A DNA stretch of 54,665 nucleotides from an uncultured virus (IMG/VR IMGVR_UViG_3300021256_004112). Taxonomy: Duplodnaviria > Heunggongvirae > Uroviricota > Caudoviricetes. The translations under genes were made by a program, and so were the position numbers. The stretch lies in the IMG/VR virus record IMGVR_UViG_3300021256_004112, one strand, 5' to 3'. A model generated the notes under the pieces. That model was not told the origin of the DNA and ran no database searches. It saw only the letters and a program-made list of their open reading frames with translations. This document shows, in pieces, positions 9,567 to 17,839 of the stretch; position 1 is the stretch's first letter; every line of letters starts with the position of its first letter.

Positions 9567-10484
9567 TTACAATCCTCCAATCACACGTTCCAACACAATC
9601 TGTTTATGGCGCAACTTCAAAACCCGTTCTACATCCGCATAAGAAACTGTGCTATCGAATTTATCTTTTTCCCATTGAAAATCGTCTTTGGATAAATTGT
9701 ATTGATTGACATACTGCGCAATATATCGGTTCTTTTCTTCCACCGTAGGATTATTGAACTGCATTGTTATATCAAACCGACGCAGGACGGCATTGTCTAA
9801 CATATCGGAACGATTGGTTGCGGCAATAAAAAACACAGTCGGGCGAATCCGTTCAATGTTTAACAAAAGTGAAGTTACGATTGAATTCCATGCGCGTCCG
9901 GAACCGCCTGCATCCTTACCGGGATTCCCCCTGCCGGTAGCGACTGCCTCAAACTCATCAAAAAATAACACACATTCCTCGGGAAGGTATTGGAACAGTA
10001 AAGATACATTCTTTTCCGACTGCCCCAAATAAGAATCCAGTATGACTGAGGAGTTCGTATTAAGTAACGGAATCCCCATCTTTTCCGCTAACGCTATAGC
10101 ATAGCTGGTCTTGCCGTTACCTGGCGGTCCTTCCAATAATAATTTATTAATGGGACTCAGACCATTCGCAATCAAAACATCTTTATGTTCCCATTCCCTT
10201 AAAATGCGTTCCGTATAGATTTTTATAGTGTCAGAAAGAAAAATGTCATCAAACGTACAGTTACGATACGGGGCGGAAATTAAAGTTTTTATACGGTAAT
10301 CCAGTTGCGCAATCACAGCCATTCCTTCCCGCTGGCGGTACTCGTCATACATTCGTTGTAAAGCAACCCGCACAGAGCTTCCCTCTTTTTCATTAGAAAT
10401 GCAGGAAGCGAACGCCTGATGCACTTCTTCTTTTTCACCCCGTATCAACCCATAAAGTAAGGGCTTTAACAAATCAATTTTCAT
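9567..10484 (-). CDS. AAA+ ATPase (IetA-like)
   Basis: Walker A GPPGNGKT, SYLGQS, Walker B LFFDEFE, AATN..LD.AVLRRFD. Confidence 0.9.
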   Translation of the reverse strand: MKIDLLKPLLYGLIRGEKEEVHQAFASCISNEKEGSSVRVALQRMYDEYRQREGMAVIAQLDYRIKTLISAPYRNCTFDDIFLSDTIKIYTERILREWEHKDVLIANGLSPINKLLLEGPPGNGKTSYAIALAEKMGIPLLNTNSSVILDSYLGQSEKNVSLLFQYLPEECVLFFDEFEAVATGRGNPGKDAGGSGRAWNSIVTSLLLNIERIRPTVFFIAATNRSDMLDNAVLRRFDITMQFNNPTVEEKNRYIAQYVNQYNLSKDDFQWEKDKFDSTVSYADVERVLKLRHKQIVLERVIGGL

Positions 10485-10523
10485 CCGTACTATCCTCTTT
10501 TGAAATGAATTTTATTTGTACCC

Positions 10524-10557
10524 ATTATAACACATTTATATATTTTCGTAAATACGC
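10524..10557 (-). promoter_or_regulatory. SigA-type promoter of the AAA+ operon
   Basis: GCGTA-TTTACG-N17-TATAAT. Confidence 0.65.
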
Positions 10558-10581
10558 TAACACGTAATACAAAATGTAAAA

Positions 10582-10611
10582 AACAGGAAACCCAACCAAG
10601 GATTCCCTGTT
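10582..10611 (-). terminator. Intrinsic terminator
   Basis: AACAGGGAATCC/GGGTTTCCTGTT stem with G-U pairs on minus, then a U tract. Confidence 0.7.
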
Positions 10612-10624
10612 CTTAAAACAAACA

Positions 10625-11548
10625 TTATTTACTTAATCCGTCCAACTCACGGTCAAATCCTTTTATCTTTTGGAATTTGCGTTTTAAAGGACGGGACGCA
10701 TATTCATTGACAACCTGCGCAGTTTGGTCGTTGCATTCTGCAATCCGTTCCGCTTCCGCTTTACGATGCAGTAAATCGTTCTGCACCAGTTTGGCAAGAT
10801 GAAGGTCTTTTTGCAAAGTAAAAGGCGTAACGGTTTCTCTATGTCCATGATAATTCGGCGCATAGGTCATATCATATTTAACAACACAAGAATAGGTATC
10901 CTGCCTCATAAGCTTACCATCCTGCTGCTGTTCCTGATACGTCTTCCTTGCCCATGTATCTGCCTGCATAAACAAATCGCTCTTCAGTCCTTTTGCGACC
11001 TGCATCTGCATGGCGGTCAATTTTTGGGCGACAAAAAAGACCTGTTCTTTGTTACGAATGATGGTAATGCTTTCCACCTGTACCATAGAAACTTTAATTG
11101 GCTCATAAAACTTAGGCGCAATAGCAACAGGCTGCCAAACGATTGCTTTCTTTTCATCATCCCGTTTCACCTTATCAGCCAAATTCAGACGGGTAAGTTC
11201 CTCGAACAGCTCTTTCATTCGGACATCCCACGGTTTTTCTTTCGGAAAATCCTTTTCTTCCAAGACCTGTTCCTGTTCTTTATTCTTTCCTTTACGGAAC
11301 ATCCCCTGTAATGTATCGGAACAAGTTGTGATATCGACAGATTCGGTTAAATGTTCCAAAGCGGCTTGCAGCACATCTTCTTTCCCCTTGATTTTTTCCG
11401 TAGGGATGTAAGCGACGGTATATTTACCATCCTTTTTAATATGTACGCCGCTTACCTTTTCTTTTTCATCAAAAACAGTAACCTCATCCGGCGACAAGAC
11501 TTCGGGAATAATAACATTCTCTTTTTTCTTTTCATCCATAATAACCAC
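10625..11548 (-). CDS. Hypothetical protein with basic C-terminal tail
   Basis: 307-aa ORF with RBS; ends ASRPLKRKFQKIKGFDRELDGLSK. Confidence 0.8.
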   Translation of the reverse strand: MVIMDEKKKENVIIPEVLSPDEVTVFDEKEKVSGVHIKKDGKYTVAYIPTEKIKGKEDVLQAALEHLTESVDITTCSDTLQGMFRKGKNKEQEQVLEEKDFPKEKPWDVRMKELFEELTRLNLADKVKRDDEKKAIVWQPVAIAPKFYEPIKVSMVQVESITIIRNKEQVFFVAQKLTAMQMQVAKGLKSDLFMQADTWARKTYQEQQQDGKLMRQDTYSCVVKYDMTYAPNYHGHRETVTPFTLQKDLHLAKLVQNDLLHRKAEAERIAECNDQTAQVVNEYASRPLKRKFQKIKGFDRELDGLSK

Positions 11549-11575
11549 CTCTTAAATTTAAATTTTTACAAATTC

Positions 11576-11606
11576 ATTTTACCCCTTTATGAGAAAAAGC
11601 TTCCTA
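11576..11606 (-). promoter_or_regulatory. TAGG-class promoter, copy 1
   Basis: TAGGAAGC-N17-TAAAAT. Confidence 0.6.
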
Positions 11607-11616
11607 CAAAAACAAA

Positions 11617-11740
11617 AAAGCGGGCATAAAACCCGCTTTAAGTGAACCGCAGCAATTCATAGAGAATTACCGCTTCCTGTTTTACAAACAGGCATGACCT
11701 CGGGTTGTTCAAAGCCCTACGCATTAAAAGAAAGGTCAAT
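11617..11740 (-). ncRNA. Candidate structured RNA ending in a terminator
   Basis: Consecutive stems UGACCU/AGGUCA, CCUGUUU/AAACAGG, GCGGUAAUUC/GAAUUGCUGC, then AAAGCGGG/CCCGCUUU and a U tract. Confidence 0.4.
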
Positions 11741-11760
11741 GAAGGAAAAAGAATGGAAAA

Positions 11761-12069
11761 TTAGCTCGCAAACAATTCTTTGATATCGGAAGGCATTTCC
11801 TTATCTTTTGTTTTCCGAAGATACTGGACGACCATAGAACGGTCAAGACCGTACATTTCCGCAAGTGCAGAGATAGAATATTTCTCATGCAATTTACGCA
11901 TCTCCCAAATAATATCGGGGGTAATCCAATGGGGCTTGTTATAATACAAAGCCCTGGCCTTTTCCGGCGTACATCCGTGAACAATAGCGATAGCAAGGCA
12001 GAAATAACCGTCATTACAGGAGTCGGGATTCACATCATACAGCGTTTTTTGTGGCTTATCATCTCTCAT
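11761..12069 (-). CDS. Small HTH DNA-binding protein
   Basis: YSISALAEMYGLDRSMVVQYL HTH; coupled to the DUF739 gene. Confidence 0.7.
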   Translation of the reverse strand: MRDDKPQKTLYDVNPDSCNDGYFCLAIAIVHGCTPEKARALYYNKPHWITPDIIWEMRKLHEKYSISALAEMYGLDRSMVVQYLRKTKDKEMPSDIKELFAS

Positions 12070-12328
12070 AATCCTGCTCCCCCTTGATTTCCTTTTTTAA
12101 CACAGTAAAAAATGCTTTCTTGGTTTCTTCGGGGGTCAGCTTCAATATATTGCTAATCAGGATGATTTCCTGTTGCCGAAACGAAATTCGATTCTTTAAT
12201 TTCAATGATAAAGTAACAGGATTCAGCCCTACGGTGTGGGCAAAGTTTTTATCCGTACCGAATTTCTCGCGGATTTTTCCACGCAGGAAAGAATAATCAA
12301 ACTTCACATTCTGCTTCTGTTCTTTCAT
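12059..12328 (-). CDS. DUF739-family (Cro-like) HTH protein
   Basis: FDYSFLRGKIREKFGT..NFA..VGL...TLSLKL....F.QQEI. Confidence 0.85.
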   Translation of the reverse strand: MKEQKQNVKFDYSFLRGKIREKFGTDKNFAHTVGLNPVTLSLKLKNRISFRQQEIILISNILKLTPEETKKAFFTVLKKEIKGEQDYER

Positions 12329-12546
12329 AATAAAACACCCTTTACAAAAGACATGATAATTTAAATTAATTCTATTTTGCCATAAGGGAACATATTCCCC
12401 CAAACGGAAACAGTTAAACGAAATTTTTAACAGTATTAAAACTTTTGTTTAACTTGTTATTTTCATCTTACCATGTTATACGCAATTTGTAAAGAGTGAA
12501 TCTAATATAATTATTTTGTTTTACAAAATAAAATTTTGTTTTTCTT

Positions 12547-12585
12547 AAATTCCGTATTGATTTTTACTAATTCTCGTGGTATCAT
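12547..12585 (+). promoter_or_regulatory. Promoter of the XRE repressor gene
   Basis: TTGATT-N17-TATCAT with TG; the 14-mer AAATTCCGTATTGA is identical in the integrase promoter. Confidence 0.65.
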
Positions 12586-12657
12586 AAAAATCAAGAAGAA
12601 CACTGAACGCAGTGTGTGGAACGGAATGAAAGGACAATCGGAGAAAGGGAGAGGATT

Positions 12658-13077
12658 ATGGACAGTAAGGAACAGTTATTGAAGGAAGAAGGAATCAAGT
12701 ATGCGCCGTTGCAGGAAAACGAAAAAGGGCAGGCTGCTTTCACCAACCCCAATTCTGTTGCATTCCGTTTGCGCCGTCTGTTGGAGATTAAAGGCATTAA
12801 AGGCGTTGACCTGGCCAAAGCCGTCGGCATCCCCTATGGAAGCTTTTGCCAATGGACAAGCGCACGGAACATTCCCAGACAAAAAGCGCTGGTTGCTATC
12901 GCATTATATACAGGTGTAGACATCTTATGGCTGCTTGGTAAAAAACCGCTGGAAGATATTTATCCCGAACCCAACCCCAATGATGAAGAGAACGAATTAT
13001 TGGAGCTGTATCGGAAGCTCCCGCGGGATAAACAACAGTTATTTGTCATGATGCTCCGCACCGGCTTTTTAAAATAA
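12658..13077 (+). CDS. XRE-family (CI/ImmR-like) repressor
   Basis: RLRRLLEIKGIKGVDLAKAVGI...W....NIP...L..IA....V...WLLG; C-terminal ELLELYRKL; divergent from the DUF739 gene. Confidence 0.85.
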   Translation: MDSKEQLLKEEGIKYAPLQENEKGQAAFTNPNSVAFRLRRLLEIKGIKGVDLAKAVGIPYGSFCQWTSARNIPRQKALVAIALYTGVDILWLLGKKPLEDIYPEPNPNDEENELLELYRKLPRDKQQLFVMMLRTGFLK

Positions 13078-13115
13078 CCACAGGACAGAGATATATAATA
13101 AAAGAAGAAAAATAA

Positions 13116-13150
13116 AAATGCACCTACGGCATTACACCGTAAGTGCATTT
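13116..13150. terminator. Bidirectional terminator between convergent genes
   Basis: AAATGCACCTACGG/CCGTAAGTGCATTT flanked by A and T tracts. Confidence 0.7.
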
Positions 13151-13212
13151 CTTTTTTATTTTTATTTGGCAAATAACATTTTTATTTTTATGCCCGTCGC
13201 TTTATCCTGTTA

Positions 13213-13521
13213 TTACCTTTCATCCATCCCCTGCCCGTTTCTTTCGTTTTCTTTTTTGCGGATATATTCATCCACTCTGACTTTGGTAAAGTAGTCATAT
13301 CCGTCGTCCTTCGTTTTAACATCAATCTTTCCGGACATACGGAGACAGTCCAACACGCCTAATACATAAGAACATTTATGCAACGCAAGATTTGAACGTC
13401 CTTTTGTCTTTGCCATACGGTCTTCCGCTATTTCCTCGCTGGTCCGTAAAAGTTCCTGCCGTATATTCAAATCTATTTTCTTCAATTGGGAAACAAGCTC
13501 TGCCCGTCTTATCTTATCCAT
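13213..13521 (-). CDS. Hypothetical protein
   Basis: RBS present; ends RKKENERNGQGMDER. Confidence 0.7.
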   Translation of the reverse strand: MDKIRRAELVSQLKKIDLNIRQELLRTSEEIAEDRMAKTKGRSNLALHKCSYVLGVLDCLRMSGKIDVKTKDDGYDYFTKVRVDEYIRKKENERNGQGMDER

Positions 13522-13651
13522 ATCTATTCCTTCATTCCTTTCTTTATTGACTTCCTGCTAATTCGCATTCGCATATTCTATAACCATTATATAGCAATCA
13601 ATGGGTTTTTGACAAGATGATTACAGTCCGTTATTATTTCGTTTAACATAA

Positions 13652-13687
13652 TTGCGTATTTACCATCCTGCGATTCTTTGGTATAAT
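13652..13687 (+). promoter_or_regulatory. SigA-type promoter
   Basis: TTGCGTA-TTTACC-N17-TATAAT, extended -10 TG. Confidence 0.7.
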
Positions 13688-13725
13688 TAAAGATGGAAAA
13701 ATAAGGGTCAGAAAGGAAGCATAGC

Positions 13726-14298
13726 ATGATAGCGAAACTGAAAGAGATTTCGGTAAAATTTGATACAGACGGCGAGCCAAAAGTTACTATCACCGTAGAT
13801 AAATCAGACGAAAGCAGTCTGAAAGAATTTTTGAATATGTTACAAAAAGGCAAAGAATATATTGTCCAAATAGAGCCAAAGCCTAAAGGAAAACGCAGCA
13901 TATCGGCAAACGCCTTATTATGGAGTATTATCGGGAAGATGGCAAAAGAGATGTGGCCGCTTACCAAAGAGGAAATTTACCGTCATATGCTTCGTCAGGT
14001 CGGTGTTTACGAGTGTTTTACAATACGGGAAGACGCCTATCCTTATCTGATAAAAGACTGGGAGAAGCGGGGGACGGGATGGTTCACAGAAGTCCTTTCC
14101 CCCGCAAGGGATGGGATGATAGATGTTGCCTGTTATTACGGGACTTCCTGTTATGACACGAAAGATATGTCCCGTTGCATTGATTTCCTGTTGGAAGAAG
14201 CAAAACAGATGGAAAGTGACTGCCTTCCCCTTCCCTTGCATGAGATAGAGAAAATAAAAAAGGAATGGGGTACGGGAATAGAAAAAGCGTCTGCATAA
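13726..14298 (+). CDS. NinB-like phage recombination protein
   Basis: KRSISANALLW..IGKMA; YYGTS.YDTKDMSR.IDFL..EAK. Confidence 0.7.
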   Translation: MIAKLKEISVKFDTDGEPKVTITVDKSDESSLKEFLNMLQKGKEYIVQIEPKPKGKRSISANALLWSIIGKMAKEMWPLTKEEIYRHMLRQVGVYECFTIREDAYPYLIKDWEKRGTGWFTEVLSPARDGMIDVACYYGTSCYDTKDMSRCIDFLLEEAKQMESDCLPLPLHEIEKIKKEWGTGIEKASA

Positions 14299-14320
14299 TC
14301 TGTAATTTTATTGCACTTAT

Positions 14321-14356
14321 TTGCGTATTGACTTTTTATGTAGTGCATTATATAAT
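14321..14356 (+). promoter_or_regulatory. SigA-type promoter of ssb
   Basis: TTGCGTA-TTGACT-N17-TATAAT. Confidence 0.75.
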
Positions 14357-14417
14357 GGAATTACAAAAGCGGTAGACTTTGATTTTTGAATTTAAATTTG
14401 CAAAGGAGTAGTAAAGT

Positions 14418-14828
14418 ATGAACAAAATTGAACTGTATGGAAGACTGACCAACGACCCTGAGATTCGCACGACCGCAAGCGGTAAGAATAGCGTTCGGTT
14501 CACGGTAGCTGTAAATCGTCCTTTGAGTCCCGATGCGCCGAAAGAAGCACAGAAAGCAGATTTCATTCCGTGTACTGCCTTCGGCAAGCGCGGGGAAGTT
14601 ATCGCCCATTATTTCAAGAAAGGACATCGCATCGTATTGGACGGCGAACTTCGTATCAACCTGTATGAAAAGAACGGTCAGCGCATGAGCTACACCGAAG
14701 TTTGGGTAAACAACATTGATTTTGTAGAAACCAAAGCCGAAGCGACAGCAAAAACGGGGGGTGCGGCAACCAAGACTGCCGAAAATGCACCGTACAATTC
14801 GCCGATGGACGAAGAGATTCCGTTCTGA
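14418..14828 (+). CDS. ssb: Single-stranded DNA-binding protein
   Basis: MNKIELYGRLT.DPE.R, FTVAVNR, ADFIPC.AF, acidic tail DEEIPF. Confidence 0.95.
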   Translation: MNKIELYGRLTNDPEIRTTASGKNSVRFTVAVNRPLSPDAPKEAQKADFIPCTAFGKRGEVIAHYFKKGHRIVLDGELRINLYEKNGQRMSYTEVWVNNIDFVETKAEATAKTGGAATKTAENAPYNSPMDEEIPF

Positions 14829-14851
14829 TACGGCTGAACAGGTAAAAGAAT

Positions 14852-14879
14852 GGGGAGTGGAAGAAACTCCCCTTTTTTT
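14852..14879 (+). terminator. Intrinsic terminator after ssb
   Basis: GGGGAGT/ACTCCCC followed by a T tract. Confidence 0.75.
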
Positions 14880-14921
14880 ATATATCCAAAAATTGTGTTT
14901 TACATGTTAACGGAGACAAAT

Positions 14922-15260
14922 ATGCGTACAATGAAATTCTTAAAATGTTTATTGGTCTTTTTCGCGGTTATTATCCGCACATTAGAAATTACAGCATATA
15001 CACCGGCCGAAGCGCCGAACCAAACCGCAAGCGGGATATGGCCGGAAATGGGAGTTACCTGTGCAGCCGATTATATTGCGGGTATGAAAGTACCATTTGG
15101 GACGGTCATTGAGATACCCGGCATGGGAAGTTATATCGTACAGGACAGGTTTGGCGCAGGGCATGACGACTGTGTAGATTTATTCATGTTAAGCGTAGAC
15201 GACGCCCGTCGCTGGGGACGACGGACGTTAAAATGTAAAGTTATCTTCCCCGACACTTAA
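14922..15260 (+). CDS. 3D-domain (MltA-like) cell-wall protein
   Basis: ITAYT, TASG, CAAD, PFGT.I.I.G.G..IVQDR.G...VDLF. Confidence 0.85.
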   Translation: MRTMKFLKCLLVFFAVIIRTLEITAYTPAEAPNQTASGIWPEMGVTCAADYIAGMKVPFGTVIEIPGMGSYIVQDRFGAGHDDCVDLFMLSVDDARRWGRRTLKCKVIFPDT

Positions 15261-15279
15261 AACAAAGGAAGTGAGATGA

Positions 15280-15603
15280 ATGGTTTATCTAAAATTAAAG
15301 CATGCTGTCATTGCTTTGGAGCATTCCTTGGACATTGATGAAAATATGTATGAATTTGTGGATAATGACGGCGTAAGCTGTAAAACCCCATTAGGCGATA
15401 TTTCCGTAAAAGTGAACGCAGGGGAAAACACTTACACGCTTGCAACCTTCCCTAACACGGAAGAAGGAAGCCAAAAAGCATATTTGCTGGTAGATACCAT
15501 ATGGAATCAGATACACCAGAATCATGACCGAAAAAACATCTGCGTAGAAATTTCAGAAGTGTTGCGTTCTATAAACAAGGAAGAAAGGAAACATCATGCT
15601 TAA
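15280..15603 (+). CDS. Hypothetical protein
   Basis: ORF with RBS, in operon. Confidence 0.65.
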   Translation: MVYLKLKHAVIALEHSLDIDENMYEFVDNDGVSCKTPLGDISVKVNAGENTYTLATFPNTEEGSQKAYLLVDTIWNQIHQNHDRKNICVEISEVLRSINKEERKHHA

Positions 15604-16408
15604 TCGTTGGCTGGCAATTATTGCCATGGTCTCATGTATCGCATTAAGTGGTTGCCATTTTTTCAAAGCAAATCAGGCAGAACCGATACCAAAAACAAAT
15701 TTGCCCGCTGTAACGGTGCATTCTGTTCATCCTGACGATATTCCTGCTTATACGGGAGCAAAAGCATATGCCGTGATAAATGGTAATATTCCCTTTTTCA
15801 CAGAAGCGGATGTACAGGAAGGTCGAAAGCAAAGCTTTGAACGCTATGCCCCGCTGGATGAATTAAAACGCTGCGGTGTTGCGTATGCCCGTATAGGAAA
15901 AGATGTGATGCCGACAGAAAAACGCGGTCCTATCGGTATGGTAAAGCCGTCCGGTTGGCAGTTAGCAAAATATGATATCGTGGACGGAAAATATTTGTAC
16001 AACCGTTGCCATCTTATCGGATTCCAATTAGCGGGGGAAAATGCCAATCCCCTAAACCTTATTACGGGAACCCGTTATCTTAATGTAATCGGTATGCTAC
16101 CTTTTGAGAATCGTATTGCGGATTATGTTAAGCAGACAGGGAATCATGTATTGTATCGTGTCACCCCATTATTCAACGGGCATGAGCTGGTCGCCCGCGG
16201 GGTATTAATGGAAGCGTACAGCATAGAAGATAACGGTAAATTAAAGTTTAATGTCTTTTGCTATAATATCCAGCCTGGTATATGGATAGACTACAACACA
16301 GGAAAAAGCCGGCTTGACAAAATGAGCAATGAAAATAATAAAGCTGTGGAGAAATCCATACAGCGGCATAATAAGAAAGAAGCTAAAAAAAGAGGTAATG
16401 AGAAATGA
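15596..16408 (+). CDS. EndA-like DNA/RNA non-specific endonuclease, lipoprotein
   Basis: Lipobox LSGC; LDELKRCGVA, KPSGW, YNRCHLIG, NLITGTRYLN, VLYRVTP. Confidence 0.9.
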   Translation: MLNRWLAIIAMVSCIALSGCHFFKANQAEPIPKTNLPAVTVHSVHPDDIPAYTGAKAYAVINGNIPFFTEADVQEGRKQSFERYAPLDELKRCGVAYARIGKDVMPTEKRGPIGMVKPSGWQLAKYDIVDGKYLYNRCHLIGFQLAGENANPLNLITGTRYLNVIGMLPFENRIADYVKQTGNHVLYRVTPLFNGHELVARGVLMEAYSIEDNGKLKFNVFCYNIQPGIWIDYNTGKSRLDKMSNENNKAVEKSIQRHNKKEAKKRGNEK

Positions 16409-16653
16409 AACAGAAATTAAAGATTGGCGGCAATGCAAATGTGCGGTTGGCATTATATAACCAATACCGCACAGATGCCAACATCATAGAAAAAGCTTGG
16501 AAAAACACCTTACAAAAACTGCAGGAAGAAGCGTACATGGAATGCACGGCAGAAGAAGCATTAGCGCTTTACGAAAAAGAAAAGAACGCAGTCAGTGAAA
16601 AACATAGTGTTGCCGGCATCCTTGACGCATTCAATAAACGGAACAACATCTGA
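16405..16653 (+). CDS. Hypothetical protein
   Basis: ATGA overlap with the upstream gene. Confidence 0.65.
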   Translation: MKQKLKIGGNANVRLALYNQYRTDANIIEKAWKNTLQKLQEEAYMECTAEEALALYEKEKNAVSEKHSVAGILDAFNKRNNI

Positions 16654-16661
16654 GTGCGGGG

Positions 16662-17126
16662 GTGATAATCGTGAAAAATTTGGAAGAAAAGTTTTATAAA
16701 GACTATCATGACGGATTGTATGATTTACCAGAAGGCATGTATGAGTATGTTATTACAGCTTTACGGCATCGCAGTGAAAAAAGTGTTCGTATCCGTAGGG
16801 CGGAACGCCATTACAAAATGGAACAACTCAAAGAAAAGTACAAGTTGCAAGGGCTTAAATTTACACGGGAAGAAGATACGACTACGGCATTTCCCGACCT
16901 GCTTGGCATGAATCATGTAATGACGATTCGCCCCAAAATGTTTCTTGCCAATTTGCAACTGTTCTATAACGGTGTTGGCAGCGCGACCAAGGTAAATGAA
17001 AAAACGCCATATACCCCACCCGCTTCCGTAGCTGAAGAAAAAATCATGGATACTGGCGCAGAATCAGAAACAAGAACATTGGGCGATGAACTGCGCAGGA
17101 TTATCCGAGAGATAACGGAAAATTGA
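16662..17126 (+). CDS. Hypothetical protein
   Basis: ORF in operon. Confidence 0.65.
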   Translation: MIIVKNLEEKFYKDYHDGLYDLPEGMYEYVITALRHRSEKSVRIRRAERHYKMEQLKEKYKLQGLKFTREEDTTTAFPDLLGMNHVMTIRPKMFLANLQLFYNGVGSATKVNEKTPYTPPASVAEEKIMDTGAESETRTLGDELRRIIREITEN

Positions 17127-17140
17127 GGGGGTATGGGATA

Positions 17141-17293
17141 ATGAAAGAAAACACAAAATGGCTGACGATAAATCGCAAACACCGAACCTATTGGGTATCG
17201 GAAGAGGAAGACAAATATATCCGCCAGTATTTAGAAGAACAGCGGGGAAAAGAAAAAGGTCAAACAGCTAAAAAAGAAAACCCGGCATCCTAA
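17141..17293 (+). CDS. Small hypothetical protein (50 aa)
   Basis: MKENTKWLTINRKHRTYWVSEEEDKYIRQYL..., G-rich RBS, ends at the terminator. Confidence 0.5.
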   Translation: MKENTKWLTINRKHRTYWVSEEEDKYIRQYLEEQRGKEKGQTAKKENPAS

Positions 17294-17310
17294 GATGTCG
17301 GGTTATTTTT
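17279..17310 (+). terminator. Terminator ending the plus-strand operon
   Basis: AACCCGGCATC/GATGTCGGGTT followed by T. Confidence 0.65.
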
Positions 17311-17386
17311 ATGGCGGAGACAGAATATATCTGCTCCGCCTCGGCGCAGTCCGAAAACATACGCCTCACTCAAATGACCAAAACGA

Positions 17387-17833
17387 TTACAATTCCGATT
17401 GGATTGCTCTGTTCTCTTTATTCTTTTCACTCTGCTTGTTGTTTTCCGCTCGCAGACTCTTCTTTTTCGTAACAGGCGAAAGCCCGTTTTCCGTAATATA
17501 AAAAGCCGTGGGCAAATCAATGGAGTCGAACTCAATATTGTCTTTCTTTCCCCGTTGCAACGCATATTGCAAATTCTCATACACATGCATATATTTATGA
17601 CCTGGGGGGAATACGCATTCCGCCATTTCCGTCCCATCCTTTTTGCAGATAGAAAACTTACCCTGTCCCGGCTCTTTTTCGTTTTGAGACTCGGTTAACC
17701 GCAGGAAAAATTCCTTTTTATCCATACGGATAGGCATAAATGCTTCCTTTCCGTCCTTTGTATTTCGGCATCCCGCTGTCCCTGTAATAATAATAGCCAT
17801 CCAATACACCGCCTCTCGACTTATCTTTCCCAT
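17387..17833 (-). CDS. Hypothetical protein
   Basis: RBS GGGAG; ends KKKSLR...RAIQSEL. Confidence 0.7.
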   Translation of the reverse strand: MGKISREAVYWMAIIITGTAGCRNTKDGKEAFMPIRMDKKEFFLRLTESQNEKEPGQGKFSICKKDGTEMAECVFPPGHKYMHVYENLQYALQRGKKDNIEFDSIDLPTAFYITENGLSPVTKKKSLRAENNKQSEKNKENRAIQSEL

Positions 17834-17839
17834 AGTATA

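Noticed and set aside
11576..11606. SigH assignment for the TAGG promoters
   Set aside because: SigH uses AGGA with a GAAT -10; these have a SigA-like TANNNT -10 at fixed 17-nt spacing.
11700..11730. Twister ribozyme (GGGU...AAGCCC)
   Set aside because: Loop length and pseudoknot partners do not fit the consensus by eye; kept only as a generic structured RNA.
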